The notes: a model not told the origin generated them from the letters alone. Shown: positions 28,847-39,570, counted from the stretch's first letter. The stretch is 64,000 nt of DNA from Alphaproteobacteria bacterium (GCA_964291395.2 OZ219856.1:960001-1024000); one strand, 5' to 3'. Numbers and translations: made by a program.

Positions 28847-30121
28847 ATGAACGAGCGAAAGGTCGTAGAACTTGCGAGGCGGGTCTTGCCCGGGGGGACT
28901 TTCGGCAATGTGCCGCACGAAATCGTCATCGCCGAGGGACGCGGCGGCCGGGTGTGGGATATCGACGGCAAGGAATACGTCGACTTCCTCCTCGGTTCGG
29001 GACCCATGCTCCTTGGCCACGCGCACCCGGAGGTCCTCGCCGTGGCGCAGGACCGCGTCGCCAAAGGCACCACGTTCTTCGCGAACAACGAGGAGGGAAT
29101 CCGGCTTGCCGCGGACATCGTCGATGCCGTCGCCTGCGTCGAGCAGGTGCGTTTCGTCAGTACGGGCTCGGAGGCCGACCTCTATGCGATGCGACTCGCC
29201 AGGGCCCACACGGGGCGCGACAAGATTCTCAAGTTCGAGGGCGGTTATCACGGCATGAGCGATTACGGGCTGATGAGCCTGGCGCCGGCGCGGTCGAGCA
29301 ATTTCCCGAGGCCGATCGCAGACTCGGCCGGGATCCCCAGGAGCGTCGAGGACGAGATGCTGGTGGCGCCTTACAACGACCTCGACACCGTGGCCGGCCT
29401 GATCCGCGAATATCGCGGTGAAATCGCCGCGATCATGGTGGAGCCATTTCAACGCATCATCCCGCCGCGGCCGGGATTCCTGGAAGGCCTGCGGGAGCTG
29501 ACCCGGGAGAACGGCTTGTTGCTCGTTTTCGACGAGGTCGTGACGGGCTTCCGTTTCGCGTACGGCGGGGCTCAGGAGTTTTACGGCGTTACCCCCGACC
29601 TTTGCACCATGGGCAAGGCGATCGGCGGCGGTTTCCCGCTCGCGGCCATCGGCGGTCGCGAAGACATCATGGCGCACTTCGACAAGGGGGTCGTGGGAGA
29701 GGACGCCTTCCTGATGCAGGTGGGCACGCTGTCCGGGAACCCGGTCGCCGCGGCGGCGGGCCGCAAGACCCTGGAAATCCTGCGACGGCCCGGCACCTTC
29801 GAGAACCTCTTCAAGACCGGCCGGGCGCTGATGGACGGATTTGCCGAGACCCTGGACAAGGCCGGAATCCCGGCGCGCGTGACCGGCGCGCCGCCGATGT
29901 TCGAGGTGGTCTTTACCGGCCAGGATGTCGTCGACTATCGCACCTCCCTGGGCGATCAGCGGATGACGGCGCGATGCAACGCCCTGTTGCGGGAACGCGG
30001 CGTCCTCAAGGGAGAGAACAAGTTCTACGTCTCGTGCGCCCACGACGAAGGGGACGTGGGCCACGCGCTCGACGCCTTCGCCGATTCGGTCGCCGAGCTG
30101 AGCCGCGGCGCGGCGGCGTGA
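28847..30121 (+). CDS. class III PLP aminotransferase (glutamate-1-semialdehyde aminomutase-like)
   Basis: DIDGKEYVD, GP.LLGHAHP, FEGGYHG, FDEVVTGFR, PDL..MGKAIGGG, GTLSGNP. Confidence 0.88.
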   Translation: MNERKVVELARRVLPGGTFGNVPHEIVIAEGRGGRVWDIDGKEYVDFLLGSGPMLLGHAHPEVLAVAQDRVAKGTTFFANNEEGIRLAADIVDAVACVEQVRFVSTGSEADLYAMRLARAHTGRDKILKFEGGYHGMSDYGLMSLAPARSSNFPRPIADSAGIPRSVEDEMLVAPYNDLDTVAGLIREYRGEIAAIMVEPFQRIIPPRPGFLEGLRELTRENGLLLVFDEVVTGFRFAYGGAQEFYGVTPDLCTMGKAIGGGFPLAAIGGREDIMAHFDKGVVGEDAFLMQVGTLSGNPVAAAAGRKTLEILRRPGTFENLFKTGRALMDGFAETLDKAGIPARVTGAPPMFEVVFTGQDVVDYRTSLGDQRMTARCNALLRERGVLKGENKFYVSCAHDEGDVGHALDAFADSVAELSRGAAA

Positions 30122-30188
30122 TCGGGCGGAACCTGAACCGCTGGAAGATCCCGCATCATCTCACTTCATCCTGCCGATAACGTCCTGT

Positions 30189-31459
30189 ATGCGTATCGAA
30201 ATCCTGTGCACCGGTGACGAGATCCTCACCGGCAAGACGGTCAATACCAACTACAGCCATATGGCCCGGCGCCTCGAGGAGGTCGGCCTGTCCGTGACCT
30301 GGGGCACGACGGTCGGCGACGACCGGGAGAGCCTGTTGGCGGCGTTCCGGCAGGCGGCGGAGCGCGCGGACGCTGTCATCGTGAACGGTGGCCTGGGTCC
30401 GACGGTCGACGACCTGTCGCAGGAGGTGGCGGGCCAGGCGGCGGGCGTCGAGCTGGAGCTCGACGAGGGCTGGCTCGCCCGCATGCGGCAATACTACAGC
30501 CGCCGCAACCGGGTGATGCCCGAAGTCAACCGCAAGCAGGCGATGCTGCCCAAGGGCGCCGAGGTCCTCGACAACCCGATCGGGACCGCATGCGGGTTCG
30601 CCATCCGCATCGGGCCGGCGCGCTTCTATTTCACGCCCGGCGTGCCCCGTGAACTGCGCAAAATGCTCGACGAGCAGGTATTGCCCAGGCTGTTGAAGGC
30701 GAGCGGCCTGCAAGGCGTGACGCGAATGAAGCGATTCCATTCGTTCGGTATCGGCGAGTCACGTGCCGACGAACTGCTGCGCGGCGTGGAGTCGCTCGCG
30801 CCGAACGGCGGCGTAAAGCTTGGTTTTCAATCACATTATCCCCAGCTCGAAACCAAGCTGTGGCGCGCGGTGCCGATGCGGACGAAGTAGGGCGCGGGAT
30901 CGCTCCGGTGGCGGAAGAGATCCGGCGCCGCTACGGCAATTTCATCGTCGCCGAGGACGCCGACACCATCGAAAGTGTCATCCTTTCCAGCTTGGAGTCC
31001 CGCGCCGGGTCGCTTTCGACGGCGGAGATGTACACCGGCGGTGATTTGGCGGCGCGGATCGCTCCGCTCGAAGGGGCCGAGACCCTGTTCCGCCAGGGCG
31101 TCGTGGCCCGTGACCTCGCCAATCTTGCCGAGTCCGTCGGTCTCGACGAGGAAACGGCCGCCGCCGGTGTTACCACCGACGCGGCGTCCGCGGTCGCTGA
31201 AGCGCTCCGGGGAGACGGCGCGGCAAGTCACGCTCTTGCGGTACTCATCGAGCTGGACGAGGGCGAGGACAGGATGGAATTCGGCGCCAACGTCTGTATC
31301 GGAATCGCCGACGAGAACGGGACTGTCGTGCGATGGGCGCGCCTCATGGGCGGCCGTCAGTGGGTGCGTCTGGGTGCGGCGGAGATGGGTCTTGACTGCC
31401 TGCGGCGCCATCTCCTCGGCCTCCCCGTCGACGAGCGGGTCGATTTCGAGAAGCGCTGA
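30189..31459 (+). CDS. cinA: CinA family protein (MocF-like + PncC-like domains), split by a 1-bp frameshift near 30860
   Basis: TGDEIL.G...NTN, VGDD, GGLGPTVDD, N.KQA, PGVPRE, GIGES; the reading frame continues in ORF 30860-31459. Confidence 0.8.
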
Positions 31460-31490
31460 CGCACGACGCGCCACGCTCAAGCCGTCCCGG

Positions 31491-34079
31491 TCAGCGATGT
31501 TCCGGATGATCCGTCGAGTGCGAGTGGGGATGGTCGAAGCCCATCTCGTGCATCCGGTTGTGCAGACGCCGATAGGCGCTCTGGAGCAGAAGCCGCATTT
31601 CGGCCGTGCGCTTCGACTCCGCGCGCGTGCCGATGGTATCGAGGTACGCCATCGCCCCCTCGATCTGCTCGAGAATCGTCAGGGCGTCGGCCGCGGCGAA
31701 AAACGGTGAGCCCTCCACCTCGACCATTACGGGCGTCGAGTGGGCGGCGATCATCTCCGGTTTGTCCTCGTATTTCGCCCGCACGAGAAGCGCGAGCCAT
31801 GCGCTCCGGTCGATGTGGACCGACCAGTATCCGCCGTCCGCATCGGCTTTCACGGATCGGGATTCGCGGATCTCACCGTTGACGATCAACTCCACGCGCG
31901 TCATGGGAACCGTCGCGCTCGCCACGGTCCAAGTCACGTCCACAGTGCCGCCATCCGCGGTCAAGAGCATGCGCCGGCCCATTTCCCGGCCGTCCACGTC
32001 GAACTCCAGCAGGGGGCCGTAGGTCACGAAGGTGCGCGCGTCGCGAACCGCCTCCATCCAGGCGTCGTAGGTGAACGGCGTATCGTCCGGCAGTCGCGCG
32101 TAGGTGCGGATCGTCCCGACGGCCCAGGTGGCGCCCATCTTGTCGGTGCCGCCCACGGCGGGGACGAGATAGCCGTTGTTGAGATAGCGATACCAGTCGG
32201 ACAGCGAATAAGGGTCGATGCCATGGTAGAAATCGTCCTGCGAGCACATCTCCACCGCGTCGGCGCGTTCCAGAACGAGCGTCGCGGCGTTTTCCAGCCT
32301 CGGGTCGGGGAAATGGGGCAGGACCACCAGCCCTCCCTGGTCCCGGCACTGCTTCGCCCATTCGCTGATCAGAATCTCGACGGGATCTCCCAGGGCGGAT
32401 TCGTCGGGCCCCCCGGTGCACAGCGGCGAGATCATGTTCCCGCGGTAGCCGATCAGCGAGATGTGCCCCAGGACGTGCTGGCGGTTCTCCGTGCCGACGC
32501 GGACGAGGTGCTCACCGTCACCGCCCGCTTCCCGGGTTCCGAAGGTGGATTTTCCGTCGAAGTCGCCCACGTTGGTCATCAGTTCACCCCACTGGCTGGC
32601 GAGGAGATTGACGACGTTGACGCCTTCCGCGGCGCCTTCGAGCATGGCCGTGCCCGGTGACAGGAAGTGAACGTGGGTGTCGGCCGTTACCCAGCCCCGC
32701 CTACGCCAATCCAGGACCCTGTCCAACTCGATGGTGATGGTACGGGTGTCGCCGGTCACCTGGACGGTCTTGCGGATCGGTGCGATCTCGAACCCTTTGG
32801 TGACCTCCAGAAAGACGTTGCCGAGGGGCAGATTGATCGAAATCTCTCCCGGAATGTAAACGCAGGTGTGCTCGCCGTGACAGAGGTCGGCACCGTAATC
32901 CTCGAACCAGGCTGGATTCGGCATTCGATGCCGGTCGAGCGGCGGGAGATACTCGCCGTTGGCGCCATGCACGTGGAGCTTCACGGGAACGGGGATCGTC
33001 GACCCCGTCTCCACCACCCGGAGCTGGACACGTTGGGTTGCGGGCGGGACCCGCCGGATAACCGGATCGGCCGTCGCCGTGGCGTCCTCGAGTCGCGCGA
33101 CGGGAATGCGCTCACCTCCCGAGAGATGGAACCGTGCCTCGTCGTGGGCCGTGAACTCCACGATCACTTCGTCGCTCGCGCGCGTGGGCTGCCGGTTCTG
33201 GCGCGTCTCGGCCCATTTGTCGTTCGGGTAGATCAGCCGCGGCGTCGCGGAGATGACCTGTCCGAGATCGAGCTGGACATGGTCGAGCAGGTCATGCTCG
33301 TCGAATTCGTAAGTCTGGACGACGCTCCGGGGTAGCTTGACGACCGCCTTCCGCCGAGTTCCCCACCGAAGCGGCATGCCCTGCGCGTGTCCGGCGGAAA
33401 CCGCGGAGACGATCACCGTTCCGCTCTTGGGCTCGAAGCCCAGTCCGATCACGGCCTTCTCCGGGTGTGGGTTTTCGAACGCCCACAAGTAGTTGGTCCA
33501 CGGTCCCCGGCCCGGATTGCTCCGCGCGGTCATAGCCCGCTTCTGGCGGCGGCCCCACCGTATCGCCATGGGCTCTTGCGACGGGGGGCGGATCGGGCGA
33601 GGCTTTCCTGCGGGGACCGACCGGGTGCAGTTCTCGCCCCAACGAAAATCGAACGTGCCGATCTCGTGCCGGCGCCGAACGGCGGCCCGTTCGGTAGACC
33701 CGTCACCGTAGAAGAAGACATAATCCGCCGCGTGTTCGCCCAGCTTGCCAATCCCATGCATCGGCGAGACGAAGCCGTGCGCGTTGGCCTCGTCGGGTCT
33801 GGTGTCTGACGTGTGCAGAAACACGAACCAGGCGGCCTTCGTCGGAGAGATGTCCACTCTTGCGAACTCGTCGCGAACGGGCAGTACCTTGCGGATTCGA
33901 AACGGGATGCCCCAGGCGACGCTGTCACCGCCGTGGGCGTGCTCGATCTCCGCGAGCATTTCGGGTGAGACGTGGCGGTCGTCGAGGTCACGGAGATCGA
34001 CCTCTCCGTCAAAATCGATCGGCGAGAAAAGTGAGGAAGCGGGACCATCCTGGATGACGTTCACGGTCAAGACCTCCAT
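31491..34079 (-). CDS. CehA/McbA family metallohydrolase (PHP-like; carbamate hydrolase family)
   Basis: GWVTADTHVH, AEGVNVVNLLASQWG, GTENRQH.LGH, PHFP.P, WY.YLN.G..V.GTD, TYGP. Confidence 0.75.
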   Translation of the reverse strand: MEVLTVNVIQDGPASSLFSPIDFDGEVDLRDLDDRHVSPEMLAEIEHAHGGDSVAWGIPFRIRKVLPVRDEFARVDISPTKAAWFVFLHTSDTRPDEANAHGFVSPMHGIGKLGEHAADYVFFYGDGSTERAAVRRRHEIGTFDFRWGENCTRSVPAGKPRPIRPPSQEPMAIRWGRRQKRAMTARSNPGRGPWTNYLWAFENPHPEKAVIGLGFEPKSGTVIVSAVSAGHAQGMPLRWGTRRKAVVKLPRSVVQTYEFDEHDLLDHVQLDLGQVISATPRLIYPNDKWAETRQNRQPTRASDEVIVEFTAHDEARFHLSGGERIPVARLEDATATADPVIRRVPPATQRVQLRVVETGSTIPVPVKLHVHGANGEYLPPLDRHRMPNPAWFEDYGADLCHGEHTCVYIPGEISINLPLGNVFLEVTKGFEIAPIRKTVQVTGDTRTITIELDRVLDWRRRGWVTADTHVHFLSPGTAMLEGAAEGVNVVNLLASQWGELMTNVGDFDGKSTFGTREAGGDGEHLVRVGTENRQHVLGHISLIGYRGNMISPLCTGGPDESALGDPVEILISEWAKQCRDQGGLVVLPHFPDPRLENAATLVLERADAVEMCSQDDFYHGIDPYSLSDWYRYLNNGYLVPAVGGTDKMGATWAVGTIRTYARLPDDTPFTYDAWMEAVRDARTFVTYGPLLEFDVDGREMGRRMLLTADGGTVDVTWTVASATVPMTRVELIVNGEIRESRSVKADADGGYWSVHIDRSAWLALLVRAKYEDKPEMIAAHSTPVMVEVEGSPFFAAADALTILEQIEGAMAYLDTIGTRAESKRTAEMRLLLQSAYRRLHNRMHEMGFDHPHSHSTDHPEHR

Positions 34080-34129
34080 CGCCGGTTTGCCTTCGGATGC
34101 CTGGTGCACCGGCCCTCGTAGTGTAGGCT

Positions 34130-35170
34130 GTGCGCTTTATCGAGAGGAGGTCGATCATCCGCGTTTCGGTCCTTGATCAATCCATTGCCGTCGTCGGACG
34201 ACCGCATGACGAGTCGATCCGCGACACGGTGGCGCTCGCGCAGCTATGCGAGGAACTGGGCTATGCCCGATTCTGGGTGTCCGAGCATCACAGCCATCCG
34301 ACCATCCTCGGGACCGCGCCGGAGATCCTGATCGCGGCGATCGCCGCCAGGACCGGCCGCATCCGTATCGGCAGCGCCGGTGTCATGCTGCCGCATTACT
34401 CCCCGTTCAAGGTCGCGGAGCAGTTCCGGGTGCTCGACGCTCTCGCGCCGGGCCGGATCGACCTGGGGCTGGGCCGGGCGCCGGGATCCGACGGGCGCAC
34501 CGCCTTCGCCCTCAACCCGATGGCCCATGAGCGGGCCGAACACTTTCCCGCCGATGTCCGCGATCTGATGGCCTGGGTCTATGGGGAGCCTTTGCTCGAG
34601 AACCATCCTTTCGGAATGGTCAAGGCGTATCCACAGTCCGACACGGTTCCGGAGGTCTGGATTCTCGGCAGTTCCGATTACGGCGCCCAGCTCGCCGCGC
34701 ATTTCGGATTGCCCTACTGCTTCGCCTGGTTCTTCACCGATGGGCGCGGGGGGCAACGCGCCATCGACCTCTATTTCCGGAATTATCAGCCGAGCGAGCG
34801 TTTTCCCGAGCCGCTCGCCGGGCTCTGCGTCTGGTGCCTCGCCGCGGACACCGACGAAGAGGCACAGCATCACTATACGTCTCGGGCGGTCTGGCAGTTG
34901 TCCCGCGATCGAGGCGTCTTCCTGCCGATGGACTCGCCCGAGGCCGCGGCGGCCCAGCCGCTTGGCGCCCAGGAACGGGCGAGGATCGAGCAGCTGCGCC
35001 GAGAGTCGTTCGTGGGAACGCCCGACGCGGTCGCGGCGCGCGTCAGGGAGCTCGCCGAACGGATCGGCGTGCGGGAGATGGCCATCGTGACCTGGACCCA
35101 TGACGAGGGGGTCCGGCGCCGAAGTTACGAGCTGCTGGCAGGAGCGTTCGGGTTGGGAGATCCGGATTGA
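34130..35170 (+). CDS. LLM class flavin-dependent oxidoreductase (luciferase-like, group 1); start uncertain
   Basis: SVLDQS, RFWVSEHH, RIGSAGVMLPHYSPFKVAEQF, GRIDLGLGRAPG, LGSS. Confidence 0.9.
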   Translation: MRFIERRSIIRVSVLDQSIAVVGRPHDESIRDTVALAQLCEELGYARFWVSEHHSHPTILGTAPEILIAAIAARTGRIRIGSAGVMLPHYSPFKVAEQFRVLDALAPGRIDLGLGRAPGSDGRTAFALNPMAHERAEHFPADVRDLMAWVYGEPLLENHPFGMVKAYPQSDTVPEVWILGSSDYGAQLAAHFGLPYCFAWFFTDGRGGQRAIDLYFRNYQPSERFPEPLAGLCVWCLAADTDEEAQHHYTSRAVWQLSRDRGVFLPMDSPEAAAAQPLGAQERARIEQLRRESFVGTPDAVAARVRELAERIGVREMAIVTWTHDEGVRRRSYELLAGAFGLGDPD

Positions 35171-35176
35171 GCGCTG

Positions 35177-36445
35177 CTAATCGGGCGCGGCCGGCGCCAG
35201 GCGTCGGCACAGCTCCGGCCATCGCCAAGTGACGAGTGCCAAGGCGACCAACCCTTGGATCGCGACGATGGTGACGGCGGACGAGGCGCCGAACCACTCG
35301 GCCAGCAATCCGAGCTGGAGGTAGCCCAAGGGGCTGACACCGATGCACACGACGAGCACGCCCATCAGGCGTCCCCGCAGGTGCGGCGGCGCGGAAGAGA
35401 AGATGACCGCGCTCTGCATCGCGCCGAAGCCCGCGGCCCCGAGGCCGACGATGGGCATCACCAGCGACGACAGCAGCGCCGTGCTCGACAGGCCGAACAT
35501 CAGGATCATGGTCAGTCCCAGCATCGTTCCGTAAAGGTAGATCCTCAGGAACCATGTCGTTCGGGCGAACACGGCGACGAACATGGAGCCGACGAACGCC
35601 CCGGCCCCTTCGGCGCCGGCGAGAAGGCCCACGGCCACCGGGTCCATGCCGAGTACGTCTTTGCCGATCACCGGCACCATGGACAGGAACGGGAAACCGC
35701 AGATGTTGTAGATCACGGTCACCCAGAGAAACCCGACGAGCATGCGGTTCTCCCGAACGAGGCGGACACCCTCGATCAGGTTCCGCAGAAGCGGTGTGCC
35801 GGCCATGGTGCGAGAGGATTCTCCCACGCGGATCGTCAAAAGCAGGCAGATGCCGACCGCATAGAGCGCGGCGCTCGTGACGAAGGCGCCTTCGAGACCG
35901 ATGGTCACCAACAGGACTCCGCCCAGCATGGGACCGAGCAGACGGGTGATGTGGTTGGTCGACGCATCCAGCGCCATGGCGGCGCCGATGCGCGAGAGGC
36001 CCGCGATTTCACCCAGCATGATGCGACGAACCGGCATGTCGGCTGCCTGCAGACAGCCGCTCAGGATCACGCCGATGGACAGGTGCCATATCTCGATCGC
36101 ACCGAGATGGATCAGAGCGCCGAGAACCAGCGAGACCGGGATCATCGCTCCGAGCATCGCCAGGAGGAGCCGGCGCGGACCCACCCTCTCCGCGAGCAGG
36201 GCCACCCAGAACCCGACCACCGACATCGGGACCATGCGGATCAACAGGAGGAACGAGACGATGAGAGGCGAGCCCGTCAGATCGAAGGCGAACACGCCGA
36301 TCGCCAGGACCTCGAGCCAGCGTATGACGGCGACGATGGCCCCCGTGAGCCACAACGCGAAGAAAGTGCGCTCACCCATCAGGGCGAGGGGGTTGGAGCG
36401 CGGTGCGGCCGCGGGGCCGTCGGATGGCGTTGCGGAATCGGTCAA
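35177..36445 (-). CDS. MFS transporter
   Basis: About 12 hydrophobic segments; LRGRLMG, GPMLGG. Confidence 0.85.
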   Translation of the reverse strand: MTDSATPSDGPAAAPRSNPLALMGERTFFALWLTGAIVAVIRWLEVLAIGVFAFDLTGSPLIVSFLLLIRMVPMSVVGFWVALLAERVGPRRLLLAMLGAMIPVSLVLGALIHLGAIEIWHLSIGVILSGCLQAADMPVRRIMLGEIAGLSRIGAAMALDASTNHITRLLGPMLGGVLLVTIGLEGAFVTSAALYAVGICLLLTIRVGESSRTMAGTPLLRNLIEGVRLVRENRMLVGFLWVTVIYNICGFPFLSMVPVIGKDVLGMDPVAVGLLAGAEGAGAFVGSMFVAVFARTTWFLRIYLYGTMLGLTMILMFGLSSTALLSSLVMPIVGLGAAGFGAMQSAVIFSSAPPHLRGRLMGVLVVCIGVSPLGYLQLGLLAEWFGASSAVTIVAIQGLVALALVTWRWPELCRRLAPAAPD

Positions 36446-36535
36446 CGTCGCACGTGATTGAGCGGATAGGGCAAGAGCGTTATCAAGCGTTGTATCCGTT
36501 TGCCATGACCGTCGTCGACATCAGGAAGGCTTGAA

Positions 36536-38227
36536 ATGCCCAAGACGAGCGAGCGCGTGGTCGAGACGTTGATCGACGCAGGGGTCACGCACGCTTTCAC
36601 CCTTCCGGGCCTTGGCATCACCTGGTCCTTGCCGGCGTTCAACGCGCGCCGCAGCGCGATCGACGTGGTGCTGACCCGGAGTGAATGGATCGCCTCGATC
36701 ATGGCCCAGGCGACCGGGCGCCTCACCGGCCGCCCCGCGGTTCTGATGGGGCAGGGGCCGTGGATCACGACCATCGGCGGCGCCGGTATCCTGGAAGCGC
36801 ATTTCTCCGGCTCGCCCATGCTCGTACTGACCGAAACGTCGGATTACGACGGGTTCGGGCAACAGGGCGTTTATCAGACGATGACCGGTGACTACGGCGG
36901 CGCCGACGCCATGGCATCGCTGAAGCCGATCACCAAGTACTGCACCTACGCGACGTCACCGGCGGAAGCGGTGTACGGGACGCAGATGGCGATCAAGCAC
37001 GCCACCCTGCCGCGCCAGGGCCCGGCGGCCGTCGTCATGAAAACGCCGATCATCCGCCAGGAAGTCGATGAGCCGACGAAACCGGTGCTCTACCCCACCG
37101 AGGGATATCTCGGATACGTTCCCGCCAGGCCCGACCGGGACGCGGTCGCCGCCCTGGCCACGCGGATCGATACGGCGGAACGGCCGGTGATCATCGCCGG
37201 CAACGGGGTCATGGCCGCCAACGCCGGTTCCGGGCTGCAGGCACTCGCCGAGACGGCGGGGGTCGCGGTCGCGACGAGTTACAACGCCAAGGGCGTAATC
37301 GCCGAGACCTCGGACATCGCGGTCGGCATGCTCGGGACCTGGGGCGCACCGACGGCCAATCGAGCCGTGTCGAGGGCCGACCTCGTCGTGATGATCGGGG
37401 CCAGCATGGGGCCCGACTACACCCGGTTCCGCGACCCGGAGTTGATCCGTCCTGGCGAGCAGACGCTGGTGCAGGTGGATATCGATCCCCGCAACGCCGG
37501 CTGGGTCTATCCCGTCGACACGGCCATTACCGGCGATGCCGGTGATGTCGTCGCCCTGCTGGCCGAGATCGGTCTCTCGGCCGCGGCGCGCGAGCCACGG
37601 GTGGCCGAGATCGCCGACCTCAAGCGGCGAACGGGTTACGACCGCCTGCCGCGCCCGTCGGCGAAGCAGGGCACGGTGCATCACGCCGATATCGTAGCGA
37701 GCCTGCAGGCTTTTCTTGGCGAGGACGATTTCCTGACGCTGGACGCAGGTGCCAACCGGATCTGGAGCACCTTCGGACTCCGCATGCCGCATCCCCAGCA
37801 ACTCCTGGTTCCCGGCGGAACGGGCATCATGGGATGGGGCCCGCCGGCGGCCCTGGCGGCGAAGCTCGTCGATCGCCGCAAACGCGTGACGTGCCTCGCC
37901 GGTGACGGCGGGTTCATGATGACCCTGCAGGTGGTCACGACGTGCGTTCAGGAAGACGCGGATGTGGTTTTCCTCATCGGCAACAACGCGGGCCTCGGCA
38001 TGGTCCGGGACAATCTCGCCGAAAACCGTATCGCGGTCGATTTCGAAGACGTCGATTTCGCCAAGGCGGTCGAAGGTCTCGGCGGGAAAGGGCTTACCGT
38101 TCACCATCCGGATGAGATCGGCGATGCGCTCGATGAAGCCCACGGAATCGGCGGTCCCGTCGTGATCGACGCCAAGGTCGATCCCGACGCCAGTCACCAC
38201 GAAGCGGTGGATGATGCGCCGTTGTAG
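36536..38227 (+). CDS. thiamine-diphosphate-dependent enzyme (acetolactate synthase-like)
   Basis: F.LPG, RSE catalytic Glu, RPVIIAGNG, GIMGWG, GDGGF...NN..LGMV. Confidence 0.9.
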   Translation: MPKTSERVVETLIDAGVTHAFTLPGLGITWSLPAFNARRSAIDVVLTRSEWIASIMAQATGRLTGRPAVLMGQGPWITTIGGAGILEAHFSGSPMLVLTETSDYDGFGQQGVYQTMTGDYGGADAMASLKPITKYCTYATSPAEAVYGTQMAIKHATLPRQGPAAVVMKTPIIRQEVDEPTKPVLYPTEGYLGYVPARPDRDAVAALATRIDTAERPVIIAGNGVMAANAGSGLQALAETAGVAVATSYNAKGVIAETSDIAVGMLGTWGAPTANRAVSRADLVVMIGASMGPDYTRFRDPELIRPGEQTLVQVDIDPRNAGWVYPVDTAITGDAGDVVALLAEIGLSAAAREPRVAEIADLKRRTGYDRLPRPSAKQGTVHHADIVASLQAFLGEDDFLTLDAGANRIWSTFGLRMPHPQQLLVPGGTGIMGWGPPAALAAKLVDRRKRVTCLAGDGGFMMTLQVVTTCVQEDADVVFLIGNNAGLGMVRDNLAENRIAVDFEDVDFAKAVEGLGGKGLTVHHPDEIGDALDEAHGIGGPVVIDAKVDPDASHHEAVDDAPL

Positions 38228-38505
38228 TTCGTGAACGTCCGTTCACCCGTATCGCATATCTCTACCGCCGTCGGGAGAGGGACGGGGTGGGGAACCGCTC
38301 ACGCGTCGAGGCACTTCACCGCTTGAAGAGGGTGTTAGGTGGCCCTCTGGTTAGTGTCGTTCTTCGTCCTATCCTTCTTCGGCCTGATTCGCACGAATTG
38401 GAGCCCCGAGGGCCAGGAGTCATCCCCGCCCCTGCTTCGCTCGTCCGCTGCCGCCGGGGTCCCCACGATACGCCGGCTCCGCTCCAGTACGGGCCAATTT
38501 CGAGC

Positions 38506-39570
38506 TCAAGCCTGTCTGCGTGCTCGCCGCTCGTCGCGTTCGGCAGGAACGGCCGGCCGAACGGCGTACAATTGCACCTGCCGCGATTTGCCCTTGAGCG
38601 CCGCCATCGGCATGGGTTCGCTTTCGACCCCGTCCGGCAGAGCGATCAGGGCCAGCGCTTCGGCTGAAACGAGAAAGTCCCTGTCGAACTCGCGACAGGA
38701 TTGTTCGATCCGAGCCGTGGTATTGACCGTGTCACCGAGCAGCACGATCTCGAGCCTGCTATCGCCCATTTCGCCGACCACCACCGGCCCCGCATGCAGG
38801 GCGGCGCGAAAGTCCGGCACCACCCCGAAATGGCTCCGGTACTCCTGGCCGCGGGCCATGATCCGGGCACGCAGGCGGAAAACGACCTCCACTGCCCTGA
38901 AAAGGTCGCACGTCTCGTCGACGCGCCAGGTGATGATCGCTTCGTCGCCGACATAGCGATAAATCGCACCGCCACTGCCTTCCAGAGCCGCACCGATGTC
39001 ATAGACGAACTGGTTCATCAGCGCGAGAAACCGGGTCGCCCCGATGCGCTCTGCGATCGCTGTGGAGCCGACCAGATCGATGAATAGTAGGGCGCGCTGC
39101 TCATCTCTGGGCGAGTGATAGCGTCCGAGCAGGAAGTTCCGCAGCACACCGGGTCCGATCAGGCGGTTCAAGGTTAGAACCGAGACGACCGAGAACCCGA
39201 CGGAGAAGGAGAACAAGACGGTCCACCAAAAGTTGGCGCCGGACAACAGTTCCCCTCCCGCACCCCAGAACCAGACGCGAGAGAGCTGCGTCGCGACGAA
39301 GGTCCAGGCGAACCAGACCGCGAACCGGATGACGACGAAGCGTGAAAAGGGCCAGCGCCGGAAGCCAGCGCCGAGCATGCTGTTCACGAAAAACAGCTCG
39401 AAGGTGAAAATCGGCAGCCCTATCAAGGCGGCGGTGCCGACCGAGGTGCCGGCGTTGTGCCAGGAAAAGCCGGCACCCAAGGTTGCGCCGAACAGGACAC
39501 TGGCCGCGAAGATCACCAGCATGGTCGCGCCCATCAGGCGCAGGCGGGACAGGAAGGCTTTTCTGCTCAT
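38506..39570 (-). CDS. membrane-anchored class III adenylate/guanylate cyclase
   Basis: Four TM segments, then FIDLVGST, YVGDE, LHAGPVVVGE.G, GDTVNTTARIE, LKGK. Confidence 0.88.
   Translation of the reverse strand: MSRKAFLSRLRLMGATMLVIFAASVLFGATLGAGFSWHNAGTSVGTAALIGLPIFTFELFFVNSMLGAGFRRWPFSRFVVIRFAVWFAWTFVATQLSRVWFWGAGGELLSGANFWWTVLFSFSVGFSVVSVLTLNRLIGPGVLRNFLLGRYHSPRDEQRALLFIDLVGSTAIAERIGATRFLALMNQFVYDIGAALEGSGGAIYRYVGDEAIITWRVDETCDLFRAVEVVFRLRARIMARGQEYRSHFGVVPDFRAALHAGPVVVGEMGDSRLEIVLLGDTVNTTARIEQSCREFDRDFLVSAEALALIALPDGVESEPMPMAALKGKSRQVQLYAVRPAVPAERDERRARRQA

Noticed and set aside
28847-30121. Calling this gene hemL
   Set aside because: Lacks the GGVNSPVRAF N-terminal motif, and alphaproteobacteria normally use ALA synthase; left at family level
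30909-30920. 12-bp match (TGGCGGAAGAGA) to the tRNA-Sec 3' end as an island att site
   Set aside because: Short, lies inside cinA coding sequence, and the enclosed region contains core genes rpsD and putA
38228-38500. Intergenic hairpin (GTGAAC..GTTCAC), G-rich tract and short hydrophobic ORF start
   Set aside because: No second copy or recognisable family; cannot be supported
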